DNA of 39,918 nucleotides from NCBI GenBank assembly GCA_025936275.1, contig JAICTR010000001.1:1-39918 (forward strand). Reading direction: 5' to 3'. The notes below the pieces were generated by a model. That model was not told where the DNA came from and made no database searches. It was given only the letters and a program-made list of their open reading frames with translations. The translations under genes were made by a program, and so were the position numbers. This stretch comes from Burkholderiales bacterium. Lineage in GTDB: Bacteria; Pseudomonadota; Gammaproteobacteria; Burkholderiales; Usitatibacteraceae. This document shows, in pieces, positions 8,209 to 20,092 of this stretch (positions within the stretch are counted from its first letter, which is position 1; each line of letters begins with the position of its first letter).

Positions 8209-11200
8209 TCATGAAGTGGCGCGCGTTTCGGGCGGGAGCGCCGCGGCAGCCTCTTGTACCTCGATCCCCACGCGGTGCTCGCCGTGATCGTCGATGAGAT
8301 GCACCCAGCCGTCCGCTTGCGCCACGCCGTCGACGGTCACGATCGGCGTCGGGCGATGCACGCCGTTCACGCGGCGTACGTCGATGTCGTAGACGGCGTC
8401 ACCGTAGCGATAGCGCACCGTGAACGCCGTCCAGCCCGACGGGAACCGTGGCGCGACCCGCAGCCGATCGTGCTCCCGCGTCACCCCGAGCAGCGACTCC
8501 ACGATGAACCGGTACATCCATCCCGCCGAGCCGGTGTACCAGCTCCAGCCGGCTCGCCCGACGTGCGGCGCCACCGCATAGACGTCGGCGGCCATCACGT
8601 ACGGCTCCGCCTGGTAGGTGGCGACTCCGGCGGGCGTTCGTGCGTGGTTCGCGGGATTGATCATCGCCGCAACTTCCCATGCGCGGCGCGTGTCGCCGAG
8701 CGCGGCATAGGCCATGCCCGCCCAGATCGCGCCGTGCGTGTACTGGCCACCATTCTCGCGAACGCCCGGCACATAGCCTCGGATATAGCCGGGATCGAGG
8801 CTCGAGGAGTCGAAGGGGGGCTCGAGCAGCTGGACCAACGCGTCGGCGCGGCGCACCAGGCGCTGGTCGACGGCCTCCATCGCCCGGCGCGCGCGTGCGG
8901 CATCGCCGGCGCCCGACAGCACCGCCCAGCTTTGCGCGATGGAATCGATGCGGCATTCGTCATTGTTCACGGAGCCCAGCGGCGTCCCATCGTCGAAATA
9001 GGCGCGCCGGTACCACGCGCCATCCCAGCCATGGCGCTCGAGGTTGCGGCCGAGCTCGCCCCGCTCGGCGTCGCAGCGCGCCGCGAAGTCCGCATCGCCC
9101 CGGCCGCGCGCGAGCGGGGCGAACTGCTCGAGCACCGCGCACAGGAAGAAGCCCAGCCAGACGCTCTCGCCGCGTCCTTCGATGCCCACGCGATTCATGC
9201 CGTCGTTCCAGTCGCCCGAGCCGATGAGCGGCAAGCCGTGGGAGCCGTATCGCATTCCGTGCAACACCGCACGCACGCAGTGCTCGTAGAGGCTCCCCGA
9301 CTGCTCGGAGCGGCGCGGCAGGTCGTAGTACGAATCCTCGCCGGAAGGCACCGCGGGTCCTTCCAGGAAGGGCGCCGCTTCGTCGAGCACGCCGGCGTCT
9401 CCCGTCGCCTTGACGTAGCGCGCGGTGGCGAGCGGCAGCCACAGATAGTCGTCGGAGCAATGCGAACGCACGCCGCGGCCCGACGGCGGATGCCACCAAT
9501 GCTGCACGTCCCCCTCGACGAACTGGCGGCATGCGCAGCGCAACAAGTGCTCGCGCACCAGCGCGGGCTCGGCGTGGACCAGGGCCATCGCGTCCTGCAG
9601 CTGGTCGCGGAAGCCGAACGCGCCGCCCGATTGGTAGTAGCCGCTGCGCGCCCAGAAGCGGCAGGCGAGCGTCTGGTACAGGAGCCAGCCGTTGGCGAGC
9701 ACATCGAGCGCGGTGTCGGGCGTTCGCACCTGCACCGCGCCCAACGCGCGTCCCCAGCTCGCGCGCACCGCATCGAGCGCGCCGCGCGCCGCGGCGGCGC
9801 CCCGGAAGCGTTTCACGAGGCGCGCGGCATCCTCGCGATCGCGCCCCATGCCCAGGCGGAAGACGATCTCGCGCTCCTCGCCGTCGGCAAGCTCGAACGG
9901 GACGTGGATCGCGGCGCACGGATCGAGCGCCGCGCCGACGCTGCCCGAAAGCCGGCGGCGCGCCATCGCGGCCGGGGCGTCCGGCGCGCCGTTGCGGCCG
10001 AGGAACTCGGCGCGATCGCCGCTCACGCTGCACAGGGGCTCGTCCACGTCGAAGAAGGCGACGCGGTCCGCGAACAGCGTGTTGTACGAGTTGCGCGCGA
10101 GGAGCGCGCCGCTCTCCCGGTCGAGCTCCGTCACGACGTGCATCGCGGTCTTCGGCCGCAGGTCTCCGAGCACCCACTCGACGTATCCCGTGGCGGAGAG
10201 CCGCCGTGCACGACCCGAGGCGTTGCGCACCTCGAGCACCGCGAACTTGACCGCCGCGTCGATCGCCACGTACACCCACAGCTGCGAGACGATGCCGTCC
10301 TCGCGATGCTCGAAGACGCTGTAGCCGAACCCGTGTCGCGACACGTAGGCGCCGGAGCCGGGCGCGGGCAGCGCGGTGGGCGACCAGAAGCGGCCCGATT
10401 CCTCGTCGCGCAGGTAGTACGCTTCGCCGCTCGCGTCGCTCACCGGGTCGTCGTGCCATGGCGTGAGGCGGAACTCGTGGGCGTTCTCGCTCCATGTGTA
10501 CGCGCCCCCGCTTTCGGAAACCACCGTGCCGAATTCCGGATTGGCGATCACGTTGGCCCAGGGCGCCGGCGTCGTCTGGCCCGCGTCGAGCGTGATCACG
10601 TATTCGGTCCCATCGGGCGTGAATCCCCCCGGGCCGTTGACGAGGATCAGCTCGCGCGGCGGCGCGGCGGCCGGCGCCTCGGTGCGCAAGGTGCGGCCCG
10701 GCACCAGGCGCGCGATGGGGGCCGCGACGACGCCGCGCCGGTTCACCTGCTCCGCGAGGCTGCCGCGCCGATCGCCGAGCACGACGCGCGCGACCGATTG
10801 CAGCAGGACGCGGTCCTCCTCGGCGATCTGCTCGGCGCGGCGCACGAAGATGCCGCCGGGCCGATCCATGACCTGCGCCTCGACGCCGGCGGCGATGAGG
10901 CCCATGATCTGGTCGTGCAGCTGCTGGCGGTAGCCGCCGCGTTCCTCGTTCCAGATGACGAGGTCCACGGCGAGGCCCTTCAATCGCCAATACGCGTGCG
11001 CCTGGACCAGTTGACGGACGAGCTCGATGCTCCGCGCGTCCGCGATCTGCAGCAGCACGATCGGCAAGTCGCCCGAGATCGAGTAGCCCCACAGGTCCGA
11101 TTGCCCGCGGCGGTTGCGCGCGATGGACGACGCCTCGCCGCGCAGCGCGGCATTGGCGTGGATCACCGATCCGGCGAGGCGCGCGTAAAGCTGCGCATCG

Positions 11201-14200
11201 CGCTCGGTGGCGTTGATCTGGCGCAGCACGACCGAGGCGTGGGTCCACGCCAGGTCGAACGCGCGATCGGCCAGGTGGCGATCCTGGTACCTGTCGGCGA
11301 GCGCCAGCGCGGCCTCGCGCGTCGCGGCGATGCCGGAGACGATGTCGACGGTCGCCGTCTGCTGCGGCTCGAGCACGACGGCGTTGCGGATCGCGACGAT
11401 CGGGTCGAGCACCGAGCCCTGGTGCCCGGAAAGCCGTGCGTCGGCCATCGCGCGCGGGGCGGCCGGCGTGCGCCCGCGGCCGACGAAGCCCATGCGCTCG
11501 GTCTCGTAGGAGGCCTCGCCGGCCGCGGCCGCGCGCACCGCCATCAGGTGGACCATCCACGGCGGCTGCTCCTGCAGCGAGCGCGGCCGACGCGTGCAGA
11601 GGATGGCCTGGCGCGCCGCGACGATCTCCGTTTGCACGAACAGGTTGGAAAACGCCGGGTGCAGCGCGTCGGCCGCGGCGGGTGCGAGCACCACCTCGGC
11701 GTAGCTCGTGATGTCGATCGTGCGCGCGGCGCGGGAGCGGTTGGTGATGCGCAGCCGGCGCAGCTCGATGTCGTCCTCGGGCGAGACCACGATCTCGGTA
11801 TGGCACTCGAAATCTTCGTCGCTGCGGCGGAATTCCGCGCGCCCCTCGGAGAAGATCGCCTCGTAACGCGCGGCGCGCTCGAGCGTGGGCTGGTGGGCGG
11901 CGGACCAGAACCTGCCGCTCGCCAGGTCGCGCACGTAGCAGAAGGTGCCCCACGCATCGCGCGTGCCGTCCTCGCGCCAGCGCGTGATGGCGAGATCCTT
12001 CCAGCGGCTGCTTCCGCCGCCGCCGCTGGTCACCATGACGTGGTATCGGCCGTTCGAGAGCAGCTGCACTTCGGGCACGGGCGTGTCGGGATTCGCCACG
12101 ACGCGGACCGGCGCCTGATCGCCGGAGGGCGCGCGCGTCGCGGAACGCTCGGCGGGATGCGGATGGGAGCCGGCCGCCTTCGGCACGCGTTCCTGGAGCA
12201 GCAGCAGCGTCGCCTTGAAAAGCGCATCGGAGGCGAAGCGCCGCGGCATCGGGCGATCGTGCAGCGCATGCGACACGGACAGCAGGATCATGCCCTGGTG
12301 GTGCGCCATGAACGAACGCACCACGGCGCCCGCCTGCCCACGGGGCACGCGCGCCGGCGTGTAATCGATCGCCTCGTAGAGGCCGAAGCGGCCCGCGAGG
12401 CCGGCGCCGGCGAGGCGCTGCAGGTTCGCGCACGACGCCTCGGGCGCCACCATCAGCGCGAGCGCCGAAGCGTAGGGCGCGATCACGAGGTCCTCGGCAA
12501 GGCCGCGCTTCATGCCCAGGCCGGGGACGCCGAAGGCGCGGTACTGGTAGCTCGAGCTCGCGTCGACCGAGTTGTAGCCGCATTCCGAGATGCCCCAGGG
12601 CACGCCGCGCTGCTTGCCGTACGCCATCTGGCGCGCGACCGCCACGCCGCAGGACTGGTCGAGGAGCGTGTTGTCGTAGGTCGGCATCACGAGGAGCGGC
12701 ATCAGGTACTCGAACATCGAGCCGCTCCACGAGAGGAGCACCGGCCGTCCGCCGGCGTTGGTGAGCAGCCGGCCCAGCGCGAACCAGTTTTCCTGCGCGA
12801 TCTCGCCGAGCGAGATGGCGACGAAGCTCGCCAGGCGCGCTTCCGATGCGAGGAGGTCGTAGTAGCCCGCGTCGCGCCGGCGCTCCTCGACGTTGTAGCC
12901 GATGGCGAAAAGATGCCGCGCGCCGTCGTAGAGCAGCCCGTAGTCCGCACGCGCGAGCTCCTCGCACCGCGCGGCGAGCCGCTCGAGCTGCGCCATGCGG
13001 TCGGTGGCGGGCCGGCGCGCGCCGGCCGGCAGTTGCCGCGACTCGAATGCGGCGAGCTCGCGCAGCGTCGGAATCGCGCGGCCGCCCATCGGCGCGCCCT
13101 CGGTCGCGGGCGGCGTTTCCCATGGCGCGAGGAACGCCATCTCCGCGCGAAGGCCGGCGCACTGGCGGACGAGGGCAGCGGCCCAGAATCGCGCTTCGGC
13201 CGCGGGCGGGGCGCCGGCATCGGGGGCGTTCTCGGCGAGGCGCGCCGCGACCTCGGCGATCGTCTGCTCGAGCGGGCCGAGCGACCGGCGGGTCGCATCG
13301 ATCGTCGTGGGCGGGCATGCGCATGTCGCGGCGAGATCCCGCTGCAGGCGCGCGAGCGGCGCGAGCGCGGCTGCCGGGGCCGACTCGGCGACGATGCGCG
13401 CGGTGTCGGCGAGCCCTTCGAACCAGCGCGCTCGCACGACCGGACGGTCCGCGAGCTCCAGCAGGCCCGGCCGCAGCGTGAGCAGGTGACCCGCGAGGTT
13501 GCCGCTGTCCACCGCGGAGATGTAGCGTGGGGGCAGCGGCGCGAGCGTTCGGGTGTCGTACCAATTGTAGAAATGTCCCTGGCAACGCTCGAGCCGCGCC
13601 ATCGTGCCGAGCGTGTGGGCGGTGCGCTCGATGAGATCGCCGGCGGCGATGTAGCCGAAGTCGCAGGCGGCGAGATGGGCGAGCAGGCCCAGCCCGATGT
13701 TGGTAGGCGAGGTGCGGTGCGCGAGCGCCTCGGCCGGCGCTTGCTGCCAGTTGTCCGGCGCGAGCCAATTCTCCTGCGCGCCGGCGAAGACGTCGAAGAA
13801 CCCCCAGGTCCTGCGCGCGAGGCCGCGCAGGAAGAGCACCTGGCTCGCGTCGAGGCCGGGCCCGCGGCGCACGAGGGGACGGCTGATCCACCAGGCGATG
13901 GCGGGCGAGGCGGCCCACAACACGAGAAAGAACGCGGCCTGCGGCAACGCCGACGGCGCCGATACGGCCAGCGCGATCGCCATGGCGGCCGCGATGAGAG
14001 GAGCCGGCCACATCGCGCGGAAGGACGACGCGAGCCCGGCGAGCGCGCCGCCTGGCGCCGCCGCGCGGTCGGCCTCCCCGCCGGCCGATGGATTCCATTC
14101 CAGCAGGCGCCGGCGGCTGGCGAGCACGCGCCATGCGGTGGATGCGATGGCACCCGCGTTCACGGCGGCCTCGTAGGGCAGCAGCGCGAGCGAGAGCATG

Positions 14201-16887
14201 ATGTGCGCGGCATGGCGAGCGGCGGCATCGGCACCGGCCGCGAGGTGGCGGCGCGGGGAGAGGTCGTCGTCCTTGCGCAGCAGGCCGGGGAGCAGCGCGA
14301 ACGCCGAAGGCAGCACGAGGATCGCGAGCACCGCCAGGGTCCAGGGCCAAGCGCGCGGGACCGCCGTCCATGCGGCGAACAGCAGCAGCGTGATGGCGAC
14401 CGGCACGAGGCTGCGCCGCAGGTTGTCGAAGAGCTTCCACTGCGAGAGCATCGAGAGCGGGTTCGCCTCGCGCGCTCCCGCCGGCCCGGGCACGCGCGGC
14501 AGCAGCCAGTGCACGAGCTGCCAGTCGCCGCGGATCCAGCGCCGCCGCCGCCTCGCATCCGCGAGATAGCTCGCCGGATGCTCCTCGTAGAGCTCGACCT
14601 CGCTCAGCAGCCCCGAGCGCGCATAGCAGCCTTCGAGCAGGTCGTGGCTGAGGATGCGATCGTCCGGGAAGCGTCCCCCGAGGGCGCGCTCGAAAGCATC
14701 GACGTCGTAGATGCCCTTGCCGATGAACGACCCTTCGCCGAACAGGTCCTGGTAGACGTCCGAGACCGAGCGCGTGTAGGGATCGATGCCGGCCTCGCCC
14801 GCGTGCAGCCGCGCGTAGCGCGAGCGGTTGGCGCCCGCGAGACTCGCGCTCACGCGCGGCTGCAGGATCGCATGGCCGTGGACCACCATCGCGGCACGCC
14901 GCCCCGCGGCGACGAAGCGCGGGCGATTGAGCGGATGCGCCATCGCCGCGGCGAACTGGCGCGCCGAGTCGCGCGGCAGCTGCGTGTCGGCGTCGAGCGT
15001 GATCACGTATTTCACCCGCGCGAGGACCGCGGTATCGCCCACGACCAGCGCGAAGCGGTCCGCGGCGCGCCCCCGCAGCAGCGCGTTGAGGGCGGCGAGC
15101 TTGCCGCGCTTGCGCTCGTATCCCATCCACGCGCCTTCGCGCGGATTCCAGCGGCGCGCCCGATGAAAGAGATAGAAGTTGTCGCCCGCGGCGCCGCCGT
15201 CGGCGGGATGCGGGAGGCGCGGATATCGCTGGTTCAGGCGCTCGATCGCCTCGCGCGCGAGCCCGACGAGGACGTCGTCGCCCGGCAGCTGCCGCGCCGG
15301 CGCATCGAGGAAGTCGGTCACGAGCCCGAAGTGAAGGAGGTCGTCGCGATTGGCGAGGAAGCGCACCTCGAGCGCTTCGGCGAGCGCCTCGATACCGTGC
15401 GCGTCGGTGAGCATGGCGGGCACGGCGACCAGCGTGCGCGCCTCGGGGGCGAGGCCGGCCGAGAAATCCATGCGCGGCAGGCGTTGCGGCTCCACGAGCA
15501 AGGTCGCGAGCCAGTTCACCACGCCCACGGCGAGCTGGCTCGAGGCAAGCACGCCGAGAACCGCGAGGGCGGCCAGGGTCGGCGGCGAAGCCTGCGCCGC
15601 ATCGCTCAGCGCCAGCAGCAGCGCGATCGGCGCGAGGGTGAGTGCCCCAATCGCGCCGAGATAGAGGGGCAACGCGGCGCGGCGCGCGGCCCGCGCGAGC
15701 GCGCGCCGCGGGGAGCGGCGCCCGCCGATCGCACGCTCGAGGCGCGGCCGGCCCGCGTCCACGAGGTGGAAGCCGACGTGCGCGCCGCGATCGTCGCCCC
15801 CGGCCGGAGGACCGGCGCAAGCCCGCGCGAGCTCGATCGCCTTGCGCGCCACCTCGCCTTCGTCGACGCGGCCTTCCTTCGCGAGCTCCTCCACCGCGTG
15901 CCGGTAGCGGTCGCGGGTGGAGAAATCCATGCGCGGATAGACGCCGGCGGGATCCTCGCGCAGCGCCTGCTCGACCACGCTGATCGATTCGACGAAGGCG
16001 CGCCAGTCGATCGCAGCGAGCCATCGCAGGCTGCCGATGGTATTGCCGATCGAGACCTGGTCGCGCGCTTGTTCCTGGTTCTCGGATTGCACGAGCTGCT
16101 CGATGCTCAGGCCCGATTCGGCGAGCCGCTGCTCGATCCAGGTGAGGGCGAGCGCGAGCGCGGCGCTGCGGCCCTGCAGGCGGCGCGCGAGCTCCGCGAC
16201 GAACGCGCTCGCCATCGGCGGGTCGGAGCGCGCCATGTCCGCGATCACCAGGACGAGGCTCTTGGGATCGCGCTCGGCGACTTCGATCATCCGGTCCGCC
16301 CAGGCGTCGGCGCGGCCGCGGAGCAATGTCGCCGCCGCGGTGCGCGCCGCCACGCGCCGCAGGTTCTCGATCAGCGCCAGCCTGAGCATGATGGGAATGG
16401 CCCAGAGCTCGCCGAGCTTGAGGGGCGCCACGGCCTGGTAGGCCGCCACGAAGCGCGCGAGGACCTCGCGGTCGAGCCGGCCGTCGCCGTGCGAGATCGC
16501 CTCGGAGGCGAGGCCATAGACGCGCGGCAGGCGCGCCGACGGCCCGGCGGAAAGCCGCGGCAACTCGCGGCTGTAGCCCTTCGGCAGGTGGCTCCTCGCG
16601 GTGCGCACCTGCTCTTCGATGAGGTAGAAGTTGTCGAGCAGCCAGTCGGCCGCCGGGGTGTTGCGGCGTTCGTCGGCGAGCGTCCCGCCGAGCAGCGCGC
16701 AGACCTGCGTGAGGACGGTTTCGTTGGCGGCGAGGCGCGAGAGCAGCGGATCCCCGCGGCCGCGCCCGGGGAGCAGGCGATGCGCGAGCCCGAGGCTCCT
16801 GCCGTGCTGCTCCATCCGATCCGCGCTGAAATGCTCCGAGCGCAGCGGCGGCGTTTCGTCGAGGGCGTTACGGCCGGGCGTGGGCAA
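8209..16887 (-). CDS. cgs: Cyclic beta-1,2-glucan synthase (Cgs/NdvB/ChvB-like; GT84 + central domain + GH94)
   Basis: 2892 aa; [46 protein letters not shown] (GT); [28 protein letters not shown] (central domain); [39 protein letters not shown] (GH94). TTG start is uncertain. Confidence 0.92.
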   Translation of the reverse strand: MPTPGRNALDETPPLRSEHFSADRMEQHGRSLGLAHRLLPGRGRGDPLLSRLAANETVLTQVCALLGGTLADERRNTPAADWLLDNFYLIEEQVRTARSHLPKGYSRELPRLSAGPSARLPRVYGLASEAISHGDGRLDREVLARFVAAYQAVAPLKLGELWAIPIMLRLALIENLRRVAARTAAATLLRGRADAWADRMIEVAERDPKSLVLVIADMARSDPPMASAFVAELARRLQGRSAALALALTWIEQRLAESGLSIEQLVQSENQEQARDQVSIGNTIGSLRWLAAIDWRAFVESISVVEQALREDPAGVYPRMDFSTRDRYRHAVEELAKEGRVDEGEVARKAIELARACAGPPAGGDDRGAHVGFHLVDAGRPRLERAIGGRRSPRRALARAARRAALPLYLGAIGALTLAPIALLLALSDAAQASPPTLAALAVLGVLASSQLAVGVVNWLATLLVEPQRLPRMDFSAGLAPEARTLVAVPAMLTDAHGIEALAEALEVRFLANRDDLLHFGLVTDFLDAPARQLPGDDVLVGLAREAIERLNQRYPRLPHPADGGAAGDNFYLFHRARRWNPREGAWMGYERKRGKLAALNALLRGRAADRFALVVGDTAVLARVKYVITLDADTQLPRDSARQFAAAMAHPLNRPRFVAAGRRAAMVVHGHAILQPRVSASLAGANRSRYARLHAGEAGIDPYTRSVSDVYQDLFGEGSFIGKGIYDVDAFERALGGRFPDDRILSHDLLEGCYARSGLLSEVELYEEHPASYLADARRRRRWIRGDWQLVHWLLPRVPGPAGAREANPLSMLSQWKLFDNLRRSLVPVAITLLLFAAWTAVPRAWPWTLAVLAILVLPSAFALLPGLLRKDDDLSPRRHLAAGADAAARHAAHIMLSLALLPYEAAVNAGAIASTAWRVLASRRRLLEWNPSAGGEADRAAAPGGALAGLASSFRAMWPAPLIAAAMAIALAVSAPSALPQAAFFLVLWAASPAIAWWISRPLVRRGPGLDASQVLFLRGLARRTWGFFDVFAGAQENWLAPDNWQQAPAEALAHRTSPTNIGLGLLAHLAACDFGYIAAGDLIERTAHTLGTMARLERCQGHFYNWYDTRTLAPLPPRYISAVDSGNLAGHLLTLRPGLLELADRPVVRARWFEGLADTARIVAESAPAAALAPLARLQRDLAATCACPPTTIDATRRSLGPLEQTIAEVAARLAENAPDAGAPPAAEARFWAAALVRQCAGLRAEMAFLAPWETPPATEGAPMGGRAIPTLRELAAFESRQLPAGARRPATDRMAQLERLAARCEELARADYGLLYDGARHLFAIGYNVEERRRDAGYYDLLASEARLASFVAISLGEIAQENWFALGRLLTNAGGRPVLLSWSGSMFEYLMPLLVMPTYDNTLLDQSCGVAVARQMAYGKQRGVPWGISECGYNSVDASSSYQYRAFGVPGLGMKRGLAEDLVIAPYASALALMVAPEASCANLQRLAGAGLAGRFGLYEAIDYTPARVPRGQAGAVVRSFMAHHQGMILLSVSHALHDRPMPRRFASDALFKATLLLLQERVPKAAGSHPHPAERSATRAPSGDQAPVRVVANPDTPVPEVQLLSNGRYHVMVTSGGGGSSRWKDLAITRWREDGTRDAWGTFCYVRDLASGRFWSAAHQPTLERAARYEAIFSEGRAEFRRSDEDFECHTEIVVSPEDDIELRRLRITNRSRAARTIDITSYAEVVLAPAAADALHPAFSNLFVQTEIVAARQAILCTRRPRSLQEQPPWMVHLMAVRAAAAGEASYETERMGFVGRGRTPAAPRAMADARLSGHQGSVLDPIVAIRNAVVLEPQQTATVDIVSGIAATREAALALADRYQDRHLADRAFDLAWTHASVVLRQINATERDAQLYARLAGSVIHANAALRGEASSIARNRRGQSDLWGYSISGDLPIVLLQIADARSIELVRQLVQAHAYWRLKGLAVDLVIWNEERGGYRQQLHDQIMGLIAAGVEAQVMDRPGGIFVRRAEQIAEEDRVLLQSVARVVLGDRRGSLAEQVNRRGVVAAPIARLVPGRTLRTEAPAAAPPRELILVNGPGGFTPDGTEYVITLDAGQTTPAPWANVIANPEFGTVVSESGGAYTWSENAHEFRLTPWHDDPVSDASGEAYYLRDEESGRFWSPTALPAPGSGAYVSRHGFGYSVFEHREDGIVSQLWVYVAIDAAVKFAVLEVRNASGRARRLSATGYVEWVLGDLRPKTAMHVVTELDRESGALLARNSYNTLFADRVAFFDVDEPLCSVSGDRAEFLGRNGAPDAPAAMARRRLSGSVGAALDPCAAIHVPFELADGEEREIVFRLGMGRDREDAARLVKRFRGAAAARGALDAVRASWGRALGAVQVRTPDTALDVLANGWLLYQTLACRFWARSGYYQSGGAFGFRDQLQDAMALVHAEPALVREHLLRCACRQFVEGDVQHWWHPPSGRGVRSHCSDDYLWLPLATARYVKATGDAGVLDEAAPFLEGPAVPSGEDSYYDLPRRSEQSGSLYEHCVRAVLHGMRYGSHGLPLIGSGDWNDGMNRVGIEGRGESVWLGFFLCAVLEQFAPLARGRGDADFAARCDAERGELGRNLERHGWDGAWYRRAYFDDGTPLGSVNNDECRIDSIAQSWAVLSGAGDAARARRAMEAVDQRLVRRADALVQLLEPPFDSSSLDPGYIRGYVPGVRENGGQYTHGAIWAGMAYAALGDTRRAWEVAAMINPANHARTPAGVATYQAEPYVMAADVYAVAPHVGRAGWSWYTGSAGWMYRFIVESLLGVTREHDRLRVAPRFPSGWTAFTVRYRYGDAVYDIDVRRVNGVHRPTPIVTVDGVAQADGWVHLIDDHGEHRVGIEVQEAAAALPPETRATS

Positions 16888-18037
16888 CCTCGGCGGCGTG
16901 GTCGAGCGCGATCGCCTCGAACGGCCGCGGCAGATCGATCGTGAACACGCATCCCGTTCCCGGCACGTCGCTCGCGCGAACCGAGCCGCCCATGGTCTCG
17001 GCGGCGCGGCGCGCGATGGAAAGCCCCAGCCCCAGGCCGCTGCGATCGGCGCCCTGCTGGTTGAACGAAGCGAACAGGTGCTCGGCCTTGCCTTCCGGCA
17101 GGCCCCCGCATTCGTCGCGCACCTCGATCAGCACCCGCTCTCCGACCCCATGGGCCCGCAGCTGCACGTGCCCGTGCGGGCGCGTGAACTTGAATGCGTT
17201 GTTCAGGAGGTTCGAGACCGCCGAGTGCAGCAGCTGCGCGTCCGCCTCGACCTCCAGGCCGCCATCGACCGCGCACACCTCGAGGCTGCAGCGATACGAA
17301 TGCGCGGACAGGCTCGCCGCCACGTGCACGTCGGCGATGAAGCGCCGCAGCTCGATGCGTTCGAGACGAGGCGCGGTGCCCGCATCGAGGCGCACCTGCG
17401 CGAACGTGCGATCGATCATTTCGCGCATGCCCCCGAGGCTGCGCTCGAGCACCGCCGAGGTGGCGCCGGCCGGGCCGATCGCGCCGCTCTTCAGCGCCGC
17501 GAACGCGAGCGTCGCCGTGCCGAGAAATCCGCGCAGCTCGTGCATGAGCGAGCCCAGCCGCTCGGTTTCGGCGCGGCGTTCGTCGGTGGACGTGCGCCGT
17601 TCGCGCTGGCGCTGGAACTCGCTCACGGCGTCGGCGATCGCGACGTCCAGGCACCGGTTGAGGATGTTGAACTCGTCGCTCGAGAACTGCACGCGGCTTT
17701 CGGCCGCGAGACCCGTGATCGCCTGGCAAAGGTCGCCATACTCGCGAACCACTTCCTCGATGGAAAACCCGCGCAACAGCATCTCGTAGCCGTGCTTGGT
17801 CGCGGAGCTCGCGATTTCGCCGGGCAGGTCGCGCGGCCCGTTCCTCGCCTCGCTGCCCGCGGGCGGCCCATCCGCCACCTTGCGCGCCCGCAACGTATCC
17901 ACCAATTGCGAGAGAAAGAGCGGGATCCCCTGGTCGAGCTCGCTCGCATCCGGGCGCGACGCGCGCATCAGCGCCACCTTCGATCGGCAGCGCTCGATGA
18001 GTTGCGCGCGGTTTTGTTCGAGAAAATGCTGCAGCAT
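16868..18037 (-). CDS. Soluble sensor histidine kinase (no TM helices, no adjacent response regulator)
   Basis: H-box MHELRGFL, N-box [14 protein letters not shown]1 DECGGLP, G2 GLGLGLSI; helical N-terminus with HG...[19 protein letters not shown]; overlaps the cgs start. Confidence 0.88.
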   Translation of the reverse strand: MLQHFLEQNRAQLIERCRSKVALMRASRPDASELDQGIPLFLSQLVDTLRARKVADGPPAGSEARNGPRDLPGEIASSATKHGYEMLLRGFSIEEVVREYGDLCQAITGLAAESRVQFSSDEFNILNRCLDVAIADAVSEFQRQRERRTSTDERRAETERLGSLMHELRGFLGTATLAFAALKSGAIGPAGATSAVLERSLGGMREMIDRTFAQVRLDAGTAPRLERIELRRFIADVHVAASLSAHSYRCSLEVCAVDGGLEVEADAQLLHSAVSNLLNNAFKFTRPHGHVQLRAHGVGERVLIEVRDECGGLPEGKAEHLFASFNQQGADRSGLGLGLSIARRAAETMGGSVRASDVPGTGCVFTIDLPRPFEAIALDHAAEVAHARP

Positions 18038-18076
18038 GGCGGGTTCCCGGAGGCCGAAAGGCGTCCTGTCGAAGCC

Positions 18077-18118
18077 AGATTACGCGCGGCCGGGTGGTGC
18101 GTCCGTGCGATAGCGAAC
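18077..18118 (-). promoter_or_regulatory. Candidate Crp-family class II promoter for the kinase-cgs unit (box 2)
   Basis: GTGCG-ATAG-CGAAC at 18105-18118; minus-strand -10 TAATCT at 18082-18077 puts the box centre at -41.5. Confidence 0.6.
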
Positions 18119-18134
18119 ATAGGCGAGCGGCCGC

Positions 18135-18179
18135 TCTGTGCGGCAGCGCGCAGACGCCGCGGGCGACGGCGCCCACACT
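18135..18179 (+). promoter_or_regulatory. Candidate Crp-family class II promoter for the crp genes (box 3)
   Basis: TCTGTGCG-GCAG-CGCGCAGA at 18135-18154; -10-like CACACT at 18174-18179 puts the box centre at -41.5. Confidence 0.55.
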
Positions 18180-18214
18180 GGGACTCTCTCCTTCCAGCTC
18201 CCCGGGTTCCCGAT

Positions 18215-18925
18215 TTGCCTCCGGCCGCATCCGCCGCGCCACGCACCAACCGCCTGCTCGATCGGCTCCCGGCGCGCGATCGTGCGCGCGTCGTCGCGCG
18301 ATGCGAAAACGTGCAACTCGCGGTCCCCGATGTCCTCGGCGAGCCCGGCGAGGCGGTGCGGCATGTCTACTTCCCCACCGCGAGCTTCATCTCGCAGGTG
18401 ACGCCGATGGGGGGGAAGGACCACCTCGAGGTGGCGCTCGCCGGAAACGAAGGGCTCTACGGGCTGGGAGTCGCGATGGGCGTCGGAATTTCCCCGGTGC
18501 ACGCGCTGGTCCAGGGCAGCGGCCCGGCGCTGCGCATGGGCGCCGGGGCGTTCGGGCGCGAGCTCGCCGCCGTCCCGTCGCTGCGCAGGAGCGTCCATCG
18601 CTACACCTATGTCGTGATGAGCCAGCTCATCCGCAGCTCCGGCTGCAACCGCTTCCACCTCGTGGAGCAGCGCCTCGCGCGCTGGCTGCTGATGACGTCC
18701 GACCGGGCGCACTCCGCGTCATTCCGCATCACGCACGAGTTCCTCGCCTACATGCTGGGCGTGAGGCGGGTGGGAATCACCGAGGCGGCGGGCGCGCTGC
18801 AGGAGCGCGAGCTCATCGTCTATGCTCGCGGCGCCATCACGATCCGCGACCGCAAGGGCCTCGAGCGCGCCGCATGCTCGTGCTACCGGTCGGATCTCGC
18901 GATCTACGAGCGCATCTGCGGATAG
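18215..18925 (+). CDS. Crp/Fnr family transcriptional regulator (copy 1)
   Basis: NRLLDRLP, HVYFPT, GNEG, CNRFHLVEQRLARWLL, HTH ITHEFLAYMLGVRRVGITEAAG, C-terminal ACSCY. TTG start at 18215 is a guess. Confidence 0.85.
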   Translation: MPPAASAAPRTNRLLDRLPARDRARVVARCENVQLAVPDVLGEPGEAVRHVYFPTASFISQVTPMGGKDHLEVALAGNEGLYGLGVAMGVGISPVHALVQGSGPALRMGAGAFGRELAAVPSLRRSVHRYTYVVMSQLIRSSGCNRFHLVEQRLARWLLMTSDRAHSASFRITHEFLAYMLGVRRVGITEAAGALQERELIVYARGAITIRDRKGLERAACSCYRSDLAIYERICG

Positions 18926-19051
18926 GCGCGCCCGCGGCCGTGCATCCGCCGGCACCGCGCGGGTTAGACTGGGCCATTGGCATGACCGCGGCCCCGTCCG
19001 CAACGTGGCGAGCGCGGCCTTGCAGGAATGCTCCGGGCGAGGGAGCCTCGA

Positions 19052-19765
19052 ATGCCGCGTCGTCCCCTGAACAACCAGCTGCTCGACGCGCTTTCCCCGG
19101 CCGAGCGCAACCGGCTGCGCCCGCGCCTGGAGCTCGTCGACATGCGGCTCGGGGAAGTCCTATACGAGTCCGGCCGGCACATCGATTACGTCTATTTCCC
19201 GACCGATTGCATCGTCTCGCTGCTCTACGTGCTCGAGAACGGCGAATCGGCCGAGATCGCCGTGGTCGGCCATGAAGGCGTGGTCGGCATCTCCATCTTC
19301 ATGGGCGGGGAGACCACGCCGAGCCGTGCGGTGGTGCAGAGCGCCGGAAGCGCGTGGCGCCTGCCGGGCCCGGCGATGAAGGAGGAGTTCACGCGCGGGC
19401 GCGGCATGCAGCACCTGATGCTGCGCTACACGCAAGCGCTCATCACGCAGATGGCGCAGACCGCGGTGTGCAACCGCCATCATTCCGTGGACCAGCAGTT
19501 GTGCCGCTGGCTGCTCCTCAGCATCGACCGGCTCCCGGTCGCGGAGATCACCATGACGCAGGAGCTCATCGCCAACATGCTCGGCGTGCGCCGCGAGGGC
19601 GTCACCGAGGCGGCGGGCAAGCTGCAGAAGGCCGGCGTCATCAGCTACCGCCGCGGCCACATCAAGGTGCTCGACCGCGCGAAGCTGGAGAAGCTCTCCT
19701 GCGAGTGCTACGAGGCGGTGCGCCTGGAGACGGCGCGGCTGCTGCCGGTCATGGCGCCGCGCTAG
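19052..19765 (+). CDS. Crp/Fnr family transcriptional regulator (copy 2)
   Basis: NQLLDAL, YVYFPT, GHEG, CNRHHSVDQQLCRWLL, HTH MTQELIANMLGVRREGVTEAAG, SCECY; GGGAG RBS before ATG 19052. Confidence 0.92.
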   Translation: MPRRPLNNQLLDALSPAERNRLRPRLELVDMRLGEVLYESGRHIDYVYFPTDCIVSLLYVLENGESAEIAVVGHEGVVGISIFMGGETTPSRAVVQSAGSAWRLPGPAMKEEFTRGRGMQHLMLRYTQALITQMAQTAVCNRHHSVDQQLCRWLLLSIDRLPVAEITMTQELIANMLGVRREGVTEAAGKLQKAGVISYRRGHIKVLDRAKLEKLSCECYEAVRLETARLLPVMAPR

Positions 19766-20023
19766 GCGCCGCCAGGTGGGCGGGCTCGTGAACGCGGACC
19801 TGCTGATCGTGGTGCTGATCGCCGATGCGGTGCAGAACGCGATGGCGGGCGGCTACCGGTCGATCACCGAGGACGTCGCCCTCGCGGCGGTGATCTTCGG
19901 CTGGGCGACGGTGATCGACCGGCTCGATTTCAAGTTCCCGCGGCTGCACATCGCCGCCGCGCGCGAGCTGCCGGTGGTGCGCAACGGGCGCTTCCTGCGC
20001 CGCAACATGGCGCGCGAGCAGGT
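19766..20023 (+). repeat. Diverged direct copy of an internal DUF421 segment (1589-1846)
   Basis: Hand alignment: 258 bp, no indels, 21 mismatches (~92%), 15 of them synonymous. Confidence 0.95.
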
Positions 20024-20092
20024 CGGGCGCGGAGTCGACGAGCGTGCCGTCGAGGTCGAAGGCGACCGCGTGCACGCCCTCCACGAACGCGT
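20020..20092 (-). repeat. Inverted diverged copy of the gph 5' end (6464-6536)
   Basis: Minus strand reads AFVEGVHAVAFDLDGTLVDSAPDL; ~87% identical with a 33-bp perfect core; 4-bp AGGT microhomology at the DUF421 junction. Confidence 0.93.

Noticed and set aside
8960-16024. 2354-aa alternative-frame ORF inside cgs, and the many Arg/Ala/Pro-rich ORFs in the track
   Set aside because: Off-frame translations of high-GC DNA with few stop codons; no motifs.
8254-16944. 2896-aa plus-strand ORF antisense to cgs
   Set aside because: Shadow frame of a GC3-rich gene with no recognisable domains. The same applies to the antisense ORFs over rne (23700-26621) and the GGDEF-EAL gene (28646-32227).
18930-18970. 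Degenerate box GCCCG-N4-CGTGC before TAGACT upstream of crp2
   Set aside because: 6/10 match and 1 bp off the spacing; too weak in GC-rich DNA, although TAGACT may be a real -10.
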